Source of the DNA: Macrostomum lignano
Lineage: Eukaryota
Direction: 5' to 3'
Assembly: GCA_002269645.1 (NCBI GenBank)
Contig: NIVC01001164.1
Coordinates: 124,001-188,000, forward strand
DNA: 64,000 nucleotides
Positions 23,821-37,374 of this stretch are shown piece by piece. The notes beneath the pieces are model-generated. The model did no database searches and was not told the origin of the DNA. It saw only the letters and a list, made by a program, of their open reading frames with translations. A program made the translations under genes and the position numbers. How positions within the stretch are numbered: the first letter of the stretch is position 1; each line of letters starts with the position of its first letter.

Positions 23821-24384
23821 CGTCAGAGACCGAGTGCTAACGCACTCACCTATGCACATTAGTGCAAAGCTGTTAAGTCCTGAGTGAATAGCGGTAGGAC
23901 AACCTTTAATCAAATTAAAAAATTGCAGTAAAAACTAAACAGAAATAATACTAAAAATATATTAATTTTATTAGCTCTAGTACGGGTTAGACGGAGATGG
24001 GCCTAACAACAGCAAAATATTCTAAGTAAGAACATACAATGAGTGACTGAAGACTCTAGCATTTTGGATAATTAATCAATGTTAAATTTCACTGCGGTCT
24101 GAATATTTATTACATTTTATATTAACATGTAACTTCATATTTAAAAGAAATCCACTGTTGTTTCGCTTATTTGTACTTTTATATCAAATAAAAACCATAT
24201 TCACGAATGCTAAAACTAAAAGGAAGTTTTTAAGTAGTAGGGACAGAATTCTAGTTGCAATATTTATTACACTGTAGATTCCTGCTTTTTAAAAGATTTA
24301 AGTTTTTTATCAATACACATCAAGTTAAAAAGAAATGCGCCCTACATCTAAACAATTGCGGTTGCTTTTTGGCTTGGTTTTAGT

Positions 24385-25010
24385 AGTGGGGCCAGTGTTG
24401 GAGTGGATTGTGGGGCCAGTGTTGGAGTGGATTGTGGGGCCAGTGTTGGAGTGGATTGTGGGGCCAGTGTTGGAGTGGATTGTGGGGCCAGTGTTGGAGT
24501 GGATTGTGGGGCCAGTGTTGGAGTGGATTGTGGGGCCAGTGTTGGAGTGGATTGTGGGGCCAGTGTTGGAGTGGATTGTGGGGCCAGTGTTGGAGTGGAT
24601 TGTGGGGCCAGTGTTGGAGTGGATTGTGGGGCCAGTGTTGGAGTGGATTGTGGGGCCACTGTTGGAGTGGATTGTGGGGCCAGTGTTGGAGTGGATTGTG
24701 GGGCCACTGTTGGAGTGGATTGTGGGGCCACTGTTGGAGTGGATTGTGGGGCCTCTGTTGGAGTGGATTGTGGGGCCAGTGTTGGAGTGGATTGTGATAA
24801 CACTGTTGGAGTGGATTGTGGGGCCAGTGTTGGAGTGGATTGTGAGGACACTGATGGAGTGGATTATGATAACACTGTTGGAGTGGATTGTGGGGTCAGT
24901 GTTGGAGTGGATTGTGATAACACTGTTGGAGTGGAATGTGAGGACACTGTTGGAGTGGATTGTGATAAAACTGTTGGAGTGGATTGTGAGGACACTGTTA
25001 GAGCGGATTT
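24385..25010. repeat. 24-bp minisatellite GTGGGGCCAGTGTTGGAGTGGATT
   Basis: Direct tandem copies; ORFs show an 8-aa period. Confidence 0.96.
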
Positions 25011-25217
25011 GTGGACCCTGAGGTGGCTCCTGTGAGGCGGCTCAGTGGCAGCTGGGTGAAGCATTACCAAGCGATGCTCAAAGCGGAGCTGCAGTTGATT
25101 TTGGGAGAGCGTTGACAGGGAATTCTCAGCTTCTCAGAGATTCCGCTTGCAGCGGTTTTGAACCTACAGAAAGAGCATTAGAAAAATGAATTCATAAGTC
25201 ACGGTAATGAAAATTTA

Positions 25218-28200
25218 TTAATTATCCGCCTTCTGCAGCCGCTCGCCCAGAAGTCGCAGCTCCTCGCCGATGGCCGGCGGGAGGTCCCGATGCAGCTGGT
25301 TGCCGAAATAGGCCTCCAGCTCCTTGCACTCGTTCAACCAGAAGTCCTTAGGCACCGAGTACAGCTCGCCGAGGTCTACGCGCTCCTGCAGGCCGTCCAA
25401 GTTGACGGCGTCTGCCTTCGGCACCCGTCCGATCGGCGTGTCGACTGCGCAATCCTCGCCGTCGATTCGCCGACAGATCCAGTCGAGGACGCGGCAGTTC
25501 TCGCCGAATCCAGGCCACAAAAATTTGCCATCCTGGCCTTTGCGGAACCAGTTGACGTGGAAAATCTTTGGCAGCTTCAGACCCGGCTTCTCCTCGAAGC
25601 TCAGCCAGTGGTCGATGTAGTCAGCAAAGTTGTAGCCGAAGAACGGGCGCATGGCGAAGGGGTCATGCATGATCACCTTGCCCTTGTGCTCGGCCGCCGC
25701 TGTGGCCTCCGAGCGCATCGAGGCGCCAATAAACACGCCGTGTCGCCAGCTGTTGGCCTCGAATACCAGGGGCACCCCCGCTGGGCGGCGGCCCCCGAAG
25801 ATCACGGCGCTGATCGGGACGCCCTCGGGACTCTCCCAGTCGGGGTCCATGGACGGGCACTGCGAGGCCGGGGCGCAGAAACGCGAGTTCGGATGGGCGG
25901 CCTGGTTGCGGCTGTGCGGAGTCCACATCTCGCCTCTCCAGCTGGTGACGCCAACGGAGGTGTCCACCTGCGGGACCGCATGATGGTCAGTTACAAGGAT
26001 TGTGAATTGGCTGGGGAGTGCGGTGGCTGGGAAGTGAGGTGGCTGTGGAGTGAGGTGACTGAGGATTGGGGTGGCTAAGGAGTGAGGTGGCTGGGGAGTT
26101 GGGTGGCAGGGGAGGGGAGTGAGGTGGCTGGGGAGTAAGGTGGCTGGGAGTGAGGTGGCTGAGGAGTGAGGTGGCTGGGAAGTGAGGTGGCTGGGAGTGA
26201 GGTGGCTGGGTAGTGGGGTGGCTGAGAGTGAGGTGGCAGGGGATTGGGGTGGTTGGGGAGTGAAGCGGCTGGATACTGGGGTGGCTGCGGAGTTGGGTGA
26301 GCCGAGCACGCAGACTACGCGAACCTCCTTCTCCAGGCCCTCCAGTAGACGCCGCCGTCGCCGGTCTCGCCCACATTGGTGAAGATGGTGTTGCTCTGTA
26401 TAGTGCGCATCGCATTGGGGTTGGTGTGGCTGCAGGTGCCGGGCGCCACGCCGAAAAAGCCGGCCTCCGGGTTGATAGCGCGCAAAACTCCGTCGGCATC
26501 GAATTTCATCCAGGCGATGTCGTCTCCGACGCATTCGACCTACGGGCAAGTAGTATGGATGGAGTGTTTTGGCTTTTTCCGTTAAAAAATCTAGTAAAAT
26601 AAGCAATAAATATAATTATTGCGTATGATTAGGCAGAGAACATTGGAAGGTCAATCGAAAGCCGAATTCGTTTCGTTATCAGTTAAAGAATAAGCAAAAG
26701 AACTAGTTAAGGTTGTGCTGAATACTGTGGCCCACTTGCTCATGCCCTCCAGGGCTCAAGGGTCGTATTTTCAAGTGGCGGACTTATATTTCCTACTTCA
26801 CATAGGAAATACCAAATTTCCATGTTCCTTTATGACACTTTTAAACCGCTAAGGATTTTGTACATAAAGTTTCCCAAATCTGCTGTGTAAAAAGAATACA
26901 ATTTGCTTCTATAAGAACGGAAAAAACGCGCTGGCTGCCCCCAAGGCAGTACAGTATAGAAAGCTTTCCATAGTTTCATACTAATAAAAGGGTAGCGGCC
27001 ATCTGTAATGTGCAATCAGTCTGCACAGGTAAGCTAGGTAAACAAGTGCCCAACACACGAGAAGGTTAGAATTCCTAGACAGCTAGAGCCACACTGAGCT
27101 ACGTAAAAGCAAGAAGAAGGCATAGCCATATAACATTGTAGAAAAATTTCTTCATTCTTTTAACAACTGCCGCTAATCATATAGTGACAAAAAACACTTT
27201 ATTGCGTTATTCAAAGAGTACATTGCGCGTGCAGCTGCACTTGGGACAATCTCGGGCGGAAAACTTGGGTCTTCAGGAGAAGCGTAAACTCAGGAGAGAA
27301 ATCTCAGAGGGACAATTTCAGGGGGGTGGCAATCTCAGGAGGGTAACAATCTCAGAGGGAAATCTCACCTCAGTAGGGGACAATCTCAGGAAGTGGGACA
27401 ATCTCAGGAAGGGGGACAATCTCAGGAAGTGGGACAATCTCAGGAAGGGGGACAATCTCAGGAAGGGGGACAATCTCAGGAAGGGGGACAATCTGAGGAA
27501 GGGGGCAATCTCAGTCAGGACAATCTCAGGAGGGGACAATCTCAGGAAGGGGGAACAATCTCAGTCAGGACAATCTCAGGAGGGAAACAATCTCAGGAGG
27601 AGGAACAATCTCAGTCAGGACAATCTCAGTCGGGACAATCTCAGGAGGATTAACAATCTCAGGGGGAAATCTCAGGAAGGGAACAATCTTAGTGGTAAAA
27701 AATCTCAGGGGGAACAATCTCAGTGGAGACAATCTCAGGGGGAACAATCTCAGTGGTAAAAAATCTCAGGAAGGGAACAATCTTAGTGGTAAAAAATCTC
27801 AGGGGGAACAATCTCAGTGGAGACAATCTCAGGGGGAACAATCTCAGTGGTAAAAAATCTCAGGGGGAACAATCTCAGTGGAGACAATCTCAGGGGGAAC
27901 AATCTCAGTGGTAAAAAATCTCAGGGGGAACAATCTCAGTGGGGACAATCTCGGGAGGGGGAACAATCTCAGTGGGGACAATCTCGGGAGGGGGAACAAT
28001 CTCAGTGGGGACAATCTCGGGAGGGGACTATCTCGCTACCTCGGGAGGGGGAACAATCTCAGTGGTAAACAATCTCAGGGGGAACAATCTCAGTGGTAAA
28101 CAATCTCAGGGGGAACAATCTCAGTGGAGACAATCTCAGGGGGAACAATCTCAGTGGTAAAAAATCTCAGGGGGAACAATCTCAGTGGGGACAATCTCGG

Positions 28201-29432
28201 GAGGGAACAATCTCAGTGGGGACAATCTCGGGAGGGGGAACAATCTCAGTGGGGACAATCTCGGGAGGGGACTATCTCGCTACCTCGGGAGGGGGAACAA
28301 TCTCAGTGGTAAACAATCTCAGGGGGAACAATCTCAGTGGTAAACAATCTCAGGAGGGGGACAACTCAGGAGGGGGCCAATGTCAGGGTATATATACCAT
28401 TAATAATGAATAATTCATAAAAGCTGACAGACACACAGAAACAGAAGCAGGCCCCCCAATCCGCAGACTCACCTTATAGCCCGGCAAAGTAGGCTGCAGC
28501 ATAGCCAAATTAGTCTTGCCGCAGGCGGAGGGAAACGCGGCAGCAACGTATTTTTTATTGCCGCGCGGATCAGTGATGCCCAGAATGAGCATGTGCTCAG
28601 CTAGCCAGCCCTCTCGCTTGCCAAGAATCGAGCCAAGGCGTAGGGCGAAGCACTTCTTCCCTAGTAGGGAATTGCCGCCGTAGCCGGAACCGAAGCTGGC
28701 AATCTCGTTACGGTCGGGTATGTGCGATATTAAAATCTTAGACGGATTGCAAGGCCAATTCTGTACTAGAGGTTTACTAATGTCTTTCAACGGTAGGCCA
28801 ACTGAGTGCAAGCATTTCACGTAGTTGTCGCCTTGGATAGCGTCGAGAGCGGCCCGGCCCATTCTAGTCATGATACGCATTGAGGCCACTACGTAGGGCG
28901 AGTCGGTTAGCTGGATGCCCAGCTTGCTGATTGGCCCGCCAACCGGGCCCATGCTGAACGGTATGATGTACATCGCCCTGCCGGCCATGCAGCCGGGGAA
29001 TCGGTCCTGCAGAGCCGCCTGCAGGTCGCTAGGCGACATCCAATTCCCCAGCTGGCCTTTGACGCCCTCCTTCGGTATCGGGACAGTCTGGCGCTTGTCG
29101 GCCGTGCTAATAACTGTCTTGCTTTCCACTCTGGCCACGTCGGCTGGGTCGGTGCGGACTAGCCAGCAGTTGTCCATCTTGCGCAACGGCTTAGCAATAC
29201 CGGCCCGGCGCATTATCTCTAGGAAGCGTTTATTCTCCTCCTCGGATCCGTCGCACAGGTAGATATCGTCGGGTTGGCATAGATTAGCCTTCTCCTTGAC
29301 ATAGTTGCGCACCGACTGCGGTAGAGCCGATAGAGTTGTCGGCACGTCGGCTAGGCCGCGCCGACTACTGGCGCCAAATAATTGCTGCGCCATCGGCGAT
29401 AATAATTGAACTCGAAGCAGACTGACGGACAT
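25218..29432 (-). CDS. PCK: Phosphoenolpyruvate carboxykinase (GTP) with a probable mitochondrial presequence; exons 29432-28473, 26539-26325, 25967-25218; 1-nt deletion near 26343
   Basis: Conserved motifs present: [83 protein letters not shown]. Exon 2 is 215 nt between two phase-0 junctions, and the YWEG motif is split across frames. It is either a sequencing error or a pseudogene. Confidence 0.93.
26010..26290. repeat. Degenerate G-rich ~19-20-bp repeat GTGAGGTGGCTGGGGA in PEPCK intron 2
   Basis: Imperfect tandem copies. Confidence 0.85.
27270..28375. repeat. Variable-length minisatellite with ACAATCTCAG core in PEPCK intron 1
   Basis: Tandem copies that shift composition along the array. 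Confidence 0.92.
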
Positions 29433-30779
29433 GATTGCTGCTAGCTTTTGCTTGATTTCTTCTTTTCAAAGAAGCGGTTGAAATGAAAATGTGCGAGTGT
29501 CTTGTCGTAAGTAGAGAAATGGGTTAGGCAGACAGCTAGCTAGCTTAATATATAAGAAAGCGGAGAGTTTTGGGGAGAATGAACAACCTTTTAACGTCCC
29601 AGGCACACCCACCCCCTAAAAAACAGCTGTGCACTGCCTTACCCCCATTCCCATAGCAATGTACAGGGCGCGATGTGTACATTGCCCGGACAACACGTCC
29701 CCCACCCCGACCCCAGACTCCATGAGCCAAGTGTGGTCTATACAGTTTGCGCACAAGGACGTCTAGAAGGATAAGACTTGACTGAAGACTAAACAGCATA
29801 CTTTAGATTGGCCTAGCCGCCTAATGTCTTGCCTATAGTATAGTAGTAGAAGTAAAAATAAAGAACATAGGATTTTTTATTAGTTACAGCGGTGTATCAT
29901 TTCCATTTTTGTCACTAATCCGCAAAAATCGAGAGAATTATTTCTCCGTTTTTCGGGTTAAGATAATACAATCCAGTCCAGACATCACACTCTAGAATCC
30001 TAGATAGTCCTTGGCTTTAGTCATTTCTGGTTGGACAGACGGGCGGACTACTTATTCACACCATTGGCGTACGAAATAGACCCACCCACCAATTTAAACC
30101 AAAATCTATTTTTAGAAACGAAAGGACAGGGTCTTGAGAGAGAATCACCCCACGCAGCCCACACCAACTTTTCCGCCCGGTAATTTTCCACGGCAGAAAT
30201 GCTTCTAACTCGTATTAGGTTGGGGACAAACAGAACAGAAGCAAATCGTGGCAAAACCCAATTGGCTGATTGTGATTAATAAATATTATATATTTATTTT
30301 TACCTACTAACACAGGATATCCGTATATATCCAAAAAATTAATTCTTTGCTTGTAGTTACCTAGCAGAGAATAAGGATTCGAAAATGGAAATAAAAGAGC
30401 TCTTTATATTCAACAGCACCTAATACCCTACCTTACCTATAGCTAACAACACCTACAGCTAAGCCTAACAATAAAATGTGACATAATTCCGTTTAGTAAA
30501 AGATCAAATCAAGAAAATATCAATGATAATTACTCATTCACAGTGAACCAGAAAACGGAATTCAAATATTGCTGCAATGACTTTATTTTTTAATAAATTA
30601 CGAATACAGAGCCTCTGATTATACTACTAATAGGCAGAATATAGGGATATTTAGAGGGCTTTTATAAATGTAAGGTTGAAGATAAAAACACATTTTTTGA
30701 ACAGACAGCAGACAGAAACTTCTTAAGTACGAAGCTAAACAACACGGAACATTTTTACTTATCATGTCATTCTTGAGAT

Positions 30780-32855
30780 GGTTTAGGGACTGTTCTCATG
30801 CTGGTTGAAGGACTGTTTTCATGTTGGTTTAGGGACTGTTCTCATGCTGGTTTAGGGACTGTTCTCATTCTGGTTTAGGGACTGTTCTCATGTTGGTTTA
30901 GGGACTGTTCTCATGCTGGTTTAGGGACTGTTCTCATTCTGGTTTAGGGACTGTTCTCGTGCTGGTTTTGGGACTATTTTCATGTTGGTTTAGGGACTGT
31001 TCTCATGTTGGTTTAGGGACTGTTCTCATGCTGGTTTAGGGACTGTTCTCATGTTGGTTTAGGGACTGTTCTCATGTTGGTTTAGGGACTGTTCTCATGC
31101 TGGTTTAGGGACTGTTCTCATGTTGGTTTAGGGACTGTTCTCATGTTGGTTTAGGGACTGTTCTCATGCTGGTTTAGGGACTGTTCTCATGTTGGTTTAG
31201 GGACTGTTCTCATGCTGGTTTAGGGACTGTTCTCATTCTGGTTTAGGGACTGTTCTCGTGCTGGTTTTGGGACTATTTTCATGTTGGTTTAGGGACTGTT
31301 CTCATGCTGGTTTAGGGACTGTTCTCATGCTGGTTTAGGGACTGTTCTCATGCTGATTTAGGGACTGTTCTCATTCTGGTTTAGGGACTGTTTTCATGCT
31401 GGTTTAGGGACTTCTCATGCTAGGTTAGAAACAGTTCTCATGCTGCTTTACGGACTGTTCTCATGCTGCTTTAGGGACTGTTCTCATGCTGGTTTAGGGA
31501 CTGTTTTCATGCTGGTTTAGGGACTGTTCTCATGCTGGTTTAGGGACTGTTCTCATGTTGGTTTAGGGACTGTTTTCATGCTGGTTTAGGGACTTCTCAT
31601 GCTGGGTTAGAAACAGTTCTCATGCTGCTTTACGGACTGTTCTCATGCTGGTTTAGGGACTGTTCTCATGCTGGTTTAGGGACTGTTCTCATGCTGGTTT
31701 AGGGACTGTTCTCATGTTGGTTTAGGGACTGTTTTCATGCTGGTTTAGGGACTGTTCTCATGTTGGTTTAGGGACTGTTCTCATGCTGGTTTAGGGACTG
31801 TTCTCATGTTGGTTTAGGGACTGTTCTCGTGCTGGTTTTGGGACTATTTTCATGTTGGTTTAGGGACTGTTTTCATGCTGCTTTAGGGACTGTTCTCATG
31901 CTGCTTTAGGGACTGTTCTCATGCTGCTTTAGGGACTGTTCTCATGCTGGTTTAGGGACTGTTCTCATGTTGGTTTAGGGACTGTTCTCATGTTGGTTTA
32001 GGGACTTCTCATGCTGGGTTAGAAACAGTTCTCATGCTGCTTTACGGACTGTTCTCATGCTGCTTTAGGGACTGTTCTCATGCTGGTTTAGGGACTGTTT
32101 TCATGCTGGTTTAGGGACTGTTCTCATGCTGGTTTAGGGACTGTTCTCATTCTGGTTTAGGGACTGTTCTCATGTTGGTTTAGGGACTGTTCTCGTGCTG
32201 GTTTTGGGACTATTTTCATGTTGGTTTAGGGACTGTTTTCATGCTGCTTTAGGGACTGTTCTCATGCTGCTTTAGGGACTGTTCTCATGCTGCTTTAGGG
32301 ACTGTTCTCATGCTGGTTTAGGGACTGTTCTCATGTTGGTTTAGGGACTGTTCTCATGTTGGTTTAGGGACTTCTCATGCTGGGTTAGAAACAGTTCTCA
32401 TGCTGCTTTACGGACTGTTCTCATGCTGCTTTAGGGACTGTTCTCATGCTGGTTTAGGGACTGTTTTCATGCTGGTTTAGGGACTGTTCTCATGCTGGTT
32501 TAGGGACTGTTCTCATTCTGGTTTAGGGACTGTTCTCATGCTGGTTTAGGGACTGTTCTCATGCTGCTTTAGGGACTGTTCTCATGCTGCTTTAGGGACT
32601 GTTCTCATGCTGGTTTATGGATTGTTCTCATGTTGGTTTACGGACTGTTCTCATGCTGGCTTTGGGACTGTTCTCATGTTGGTTTAGGGACTTTTTTCAT
32701 GTTAATTTACGGACTCTTTTCATGTTGGTTTAGGGACTGTTCTCATGTTGGTTTAGGGACTGTTCTCATGTTGGTTTACGGACTGTTCTCATGTTGGTTT
32801 AGGGACTGTTCTCATGTTGGTTTACGGACTGTTCTCATGTTGGTTTAGGGACTGT
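30780..32855. repeat. 23-bp minisatellite GGTTTAGGGACTGTTCTCATGCT, intergenic
   Basis: About 90 tandem copies with recurring variant blocks. Confidence 0.97.
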
Positions 32856-33604
32856 TCACAGCCTGTCAGTGCAGAATGCTCTATATGAGCAAAATTGTTC
32901 TGGTTGAATTTTGCTCAGTAACATCAAAACAGATCATCCAAAAACGCCCGAAGAAAAACAAAGAAAATTGCGGAGAAAAGAATAAAGAAATAAAATGAAT
33001 ATTTCCATTTTTCTATTGCTAGTAGTAAAAATAAGTTCAAACCAAAACGCTAATGAATTAGGTAGAGAAACTCCTTGTACAGAGTTTCAAGAAAATATAA
33101 GATGAAAGGGCTGTACTGTACGCACAGAATAGCAGAATATTGCACAGCTGGTGGAACTGGCTACTACGAGTAGAACAGAGAGGAAAAAACGGCATGGAAA
33201 TCAAACACACCTTTTGTTTCCTCCTATAAACTGACTAATAGAAATTGTAAATCAAAATTAAGAAAGCATTCATCTGACAATGTACGTAGAAGAGAGGCAC
33301 ATATTGGAAACTAGTTCTAGTTAACTAATACGCATGCATAAACAATTTATTACACGCACCCAAGAATTCTCAGAATATAAATCCGGATAAACAGTTATAT
33401 TGACTTGTAAAAAAGCCTTATATACCGAGGTATGTAAGAAAGGTCCAAAGCCAACCTGCAAATCAATAAATAATGCAGGATATCTAAAGACTTACTAGTA
33501 AACAAATAAACAAAACTTATGCGATTAGAAAAATATAGAGGAGAAGCCAACACCAACACTAGCCTGCTTTGCCGCGACAGAAAGGGGAGTGAACTACTAT
33601 TAGG

Positions 33605-36600
33605 ATTAGGAGTGAACCATCCTTAGCTAAGGAGTGAACCATCCGTAGCTAAGGAGTGAACCATCCGTAGCTAAGGAGTGAACCATCCGTAGCTAAGGAG
33701 TGAACCATCCGTAGCTAAGGAGTGAACCATCCGTAGCTAAGGAGTGAACCGACAACCATCCATAGCTAAGGAGTGAACCGACAACCATCCATAGCTAAGG
33801 AGTGAACCGACAACCATCCATAGCTAAGGAGTGAACCGACAACCATCCGTAGCTAAGGAGTGAACCATCCGTAGCTAAGGAGTGAACCGACAACCATCCA
33901 TAGCTAAGGAGTGAACCGACAACCATCCGTAGCTAAGGAGTGAACCATCCATAGCTAAGGAGTGAACCATTCGTAGCTAAGGAGTGAACCATCCGTAGCT
34001 AAGGAGTGAACCGACAACCATCCATAGCTAAGGAGTGAACCGACAACCATCCGTAGCTAAGGAGTGAACCGACAACCATCCATAGCTAAGGAGTGAACCG
34101 ACAACCATCCGTAGCTAAGGAGTGAACCATCCATAGCTAAGGAGTGAACCATTCGTAGCTAAGGAGTGAACCATCCGTAGCTAAGGAGTGAACCGACAAC
34201 CATCCATAGCTAAGGAGTGAACCGACAACCATCCGTAGCTAAGGAGTGAACCATCCATAGCTAAGGAGTGAACCATCCGTAGCTAAGGAGTGAACCGACA
34301 ACCATCCGTAGCTAAGGAGTTAACCATCCGTAGCCAAGGAGTGAACCATCCGTAGCTAAGGAGTGAACCATCCGTAGCCAAGGAGTGAACCATCCATAGC
34401 TAAGGAGTGAACCATTCGTAGCTAAGGAGTGAACCATCCATAGCTAAGAAGTTAACCATCCGTAGCTAAGGAGTGAACCATCCGTAGCTAAGGAGTGAAC
34501 CATCCGTAGCTAAGGAGTGAACCATCCGTAGCTAAGGAGTGAACCATCCATAGCTAAGGAGTGAACCATTCGTAGCTAAGGAGTTAACCATCCGTAGCCA
34601 AGGAGTGAACCATCCATAGCTAAGGAGTGAACCATCCATAGCTAAGGAGTGAACCATCCATAGCTAAGAAGTTAACCATCCGTAGCTAAGGAGTGAACCA
34701 TCCGTAGCTAAGGAGTGAACCATCCGTAGCTAAGGAGTGAACCATCCATAGCTAAGGAGTGAACCATCCATAGCTAAGGAGTGAACCGACAACCATCCAT
34801 AGCTAAGGAGTGAACCGACAACCATCCATAGCTAAGGAGTGAACCGACAACCATCCGTAGCTAAGGAGTTAACCATCCATAGCTAAGGAGTGAACCATCC
34901 GTAGCTAAGGAGTGAACCATTCGTAGCTAAGGAGTGAACCATCCGTAGCTAAGGAGTTAACCATCCGTAGCTAAGGAGTGAACCATCCATAGCTAAGGAG
35001 TGAACCATCCGTAGCTAAGGAGTGAACCATTCGTAGCTAAGGAGTGAACCATCCATAGCTAAGGAGTGAACCATCCGTAGCCAAGGAGTGAACCATCCAT
35101 AGCTAAGGAGTGAACCATTCGTAGCTAAGGAGTGAACCATCCGTAGCTAAGGAGTGAACCATCCGTAGCTAAGGAGTGAACCATCCGTAGCCAAGGAGTG
35201 AACCATCCATAGCTAAGAAGTTAACCATCCGTAGCTAAGGAGTTAACCATTCGTAGCTAAGGAGTGAACCATCCGTAGCTAAGGAGTGAACCGACAACCA
35301 TCCATAGCTAAGGAGTGAACCATCCGTAGCTAAGGAGTGAACCATCCGTAGCTAAGGAGTGAACCATCCGTAGCCAAGGAGTGAACCATCCATAGCTAAG
35401 GAGTGAACCATTCGTAGCTAAGGAGTGAACCATCCGTAGCTAAGGAGTTAACCATCCGTAGCTAAGGAGTGAACCATCCATAGCTAAGAAGTTAACCATC
35501 CGTAGCTAAGGAGTGAACCATTCGTAGCTAAGGAGTGAACCATCCGTAGCTAAGGAGTTAACCATTCGTAGCTAAGGAGTGAACCATCCATAGCTAAGAA
35601 GTGAACCATCCGTAGCTAAGGAGTGAACCATCCATAGCTAAGGAGTGAACCATCCGTAGCTAAGGAGTGAACCATTCGTAGCTAAGGAGTGAACCATCCG
35701 TAGCTAAGGAGTGAACCATCCATAGCTAAGGAGTGAACCATCCGTAGCTAAGGAGTGAACCATTCGTAGCTAAGGAGTGAACCATCCGTAGCTAAGGAGT
35801 GAACCATCCGTAGCTAAGGAGTGAACCATCCGTAGCTAAGGAGTGAACCATCCGTAGCTAAGGAGTGAACCATCCGTAGCTAAGGAGTGAACCATCCGTA
35901 GCTAAGGAGTGAACCATCCGTAGCTAAGGAGTGAACCATCCATAGCTAAGGAGTGAACCATCCGTAGCTAAGGAGTGAACCATCCGTAGCTAAGGAGTGA
36001 ACCATCCATAGCTAAGGAGTGAACCATCCATAGCTAAGGAGTGAACCATCCGTAGCTAAGGAGTGAACCATCCGTAGCTAAGGAGTGAACCATCCGTAGC
36101 TAAGGAGTGAACCATCCGTAGCTAAGGAGTGAACCATCCGTAGCTAAGGAGTGAACCATCCATAGCTAAGGAGTGAACCGACAACCATCCATAGCTAAGG
36201 AGTGAACCGACAACCATCCATAGCTAAGGAGTGAACCGACAACCATCCATAGCTAAGGAGTGAACCGACAACCATCCATAGCTAAGGAGTGAACCATCCA
36301 TAGCTAAGGAGTGAACCATCCATAGCTAAGGAGTGAACCATCCATAGCTAAGGAGTGAACCATCCATAGCTAAGGAGTGAACCATCCATAGCTAAGGAGT
36401 GAACCATCCATAGCTAAGGAGTGAACCATCCATAGCTAAGGAGTGAACCATCCATAGCTAAGGAGTGAACCATCCGTAGCTAAGGAGTGAACCATCCGTA
36501 GCTAAGGAGTGAACCATCCGTAGCTAAGGAGTGAACCATCCATAGCTAAGGAGTGAACCATCCGTAGCTAAGGAGTGAACCATCCATAGCTAAGGAGTGA

Positions 36601-36647
36601 ACCATCCATAGCTAAGGAGTGAACCATCCATAGCTAAGGAGTGAACC
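33605..36647. repeat. 22-bp minisatellite AAGGAGTGAACCATCCGTAGCT with a 29-bp variant (+GACAACC)
   Basis: About 3 kb of tandem copies. Confidence 0.97.
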
Positions 36648-37374
36648 CTGCTTAAAATCTATTTTCAGCTACCTATCTATTTTGTTCCGCAGCAAAAAAT
36701 ATTCCTTACGAGCAGTGGGGATGTCACTGTAAGCAAAGCAGACTAGCTAGTAAGAAGGAAAGAATCTTTGCATTGCTTTCGTGCATTGATAAAGATAAAG
36801 AGATAAACTTATATCAATAACAAATAAACACTCACGCATACTTCATAATTACGCGAGAGATTGCTTTAGTAAAGAAAATCTAAAAAACAAATCACAAAGT
36901 TCGACAAAAGATCAAGTTGAAAAATTCAAATTGCTCAACAATAAATAACTATTTTAGTAAACTGACTGACTGACTCGTGAATTAAGTTGACTATAGAAAC
37001 TCTAAGAGCTTGAAACTATCTGTAATGTAGGTTTGCTTAAGTTGCTCTAGCAGCTTACTGAAGGCACGATACTTTAACTGACGGATTCCATTAGAATGCA
37101 GCAAACAAATGCAGTCGCTGGCTGGATCAGGAGAGGTGCTGAAAAGAAATTTGTAGAATAAATTTGAAATTTGACGAGTAACTACGAAAAGTTATTACGC
37201 AATTTCTTATCTATGTAGAAAACTATTATAGATAGCAAAGTTCAGATCGCGTACAATACAAGAATGATAAATGAACTGAAGTATGTCATCTTTCACCTAT
37301 CATTAATAACAAATCAACCATCACGCGACTGAAATTCGCTGAAATTAAAACTACGTACGCGACTTTAATAACCC

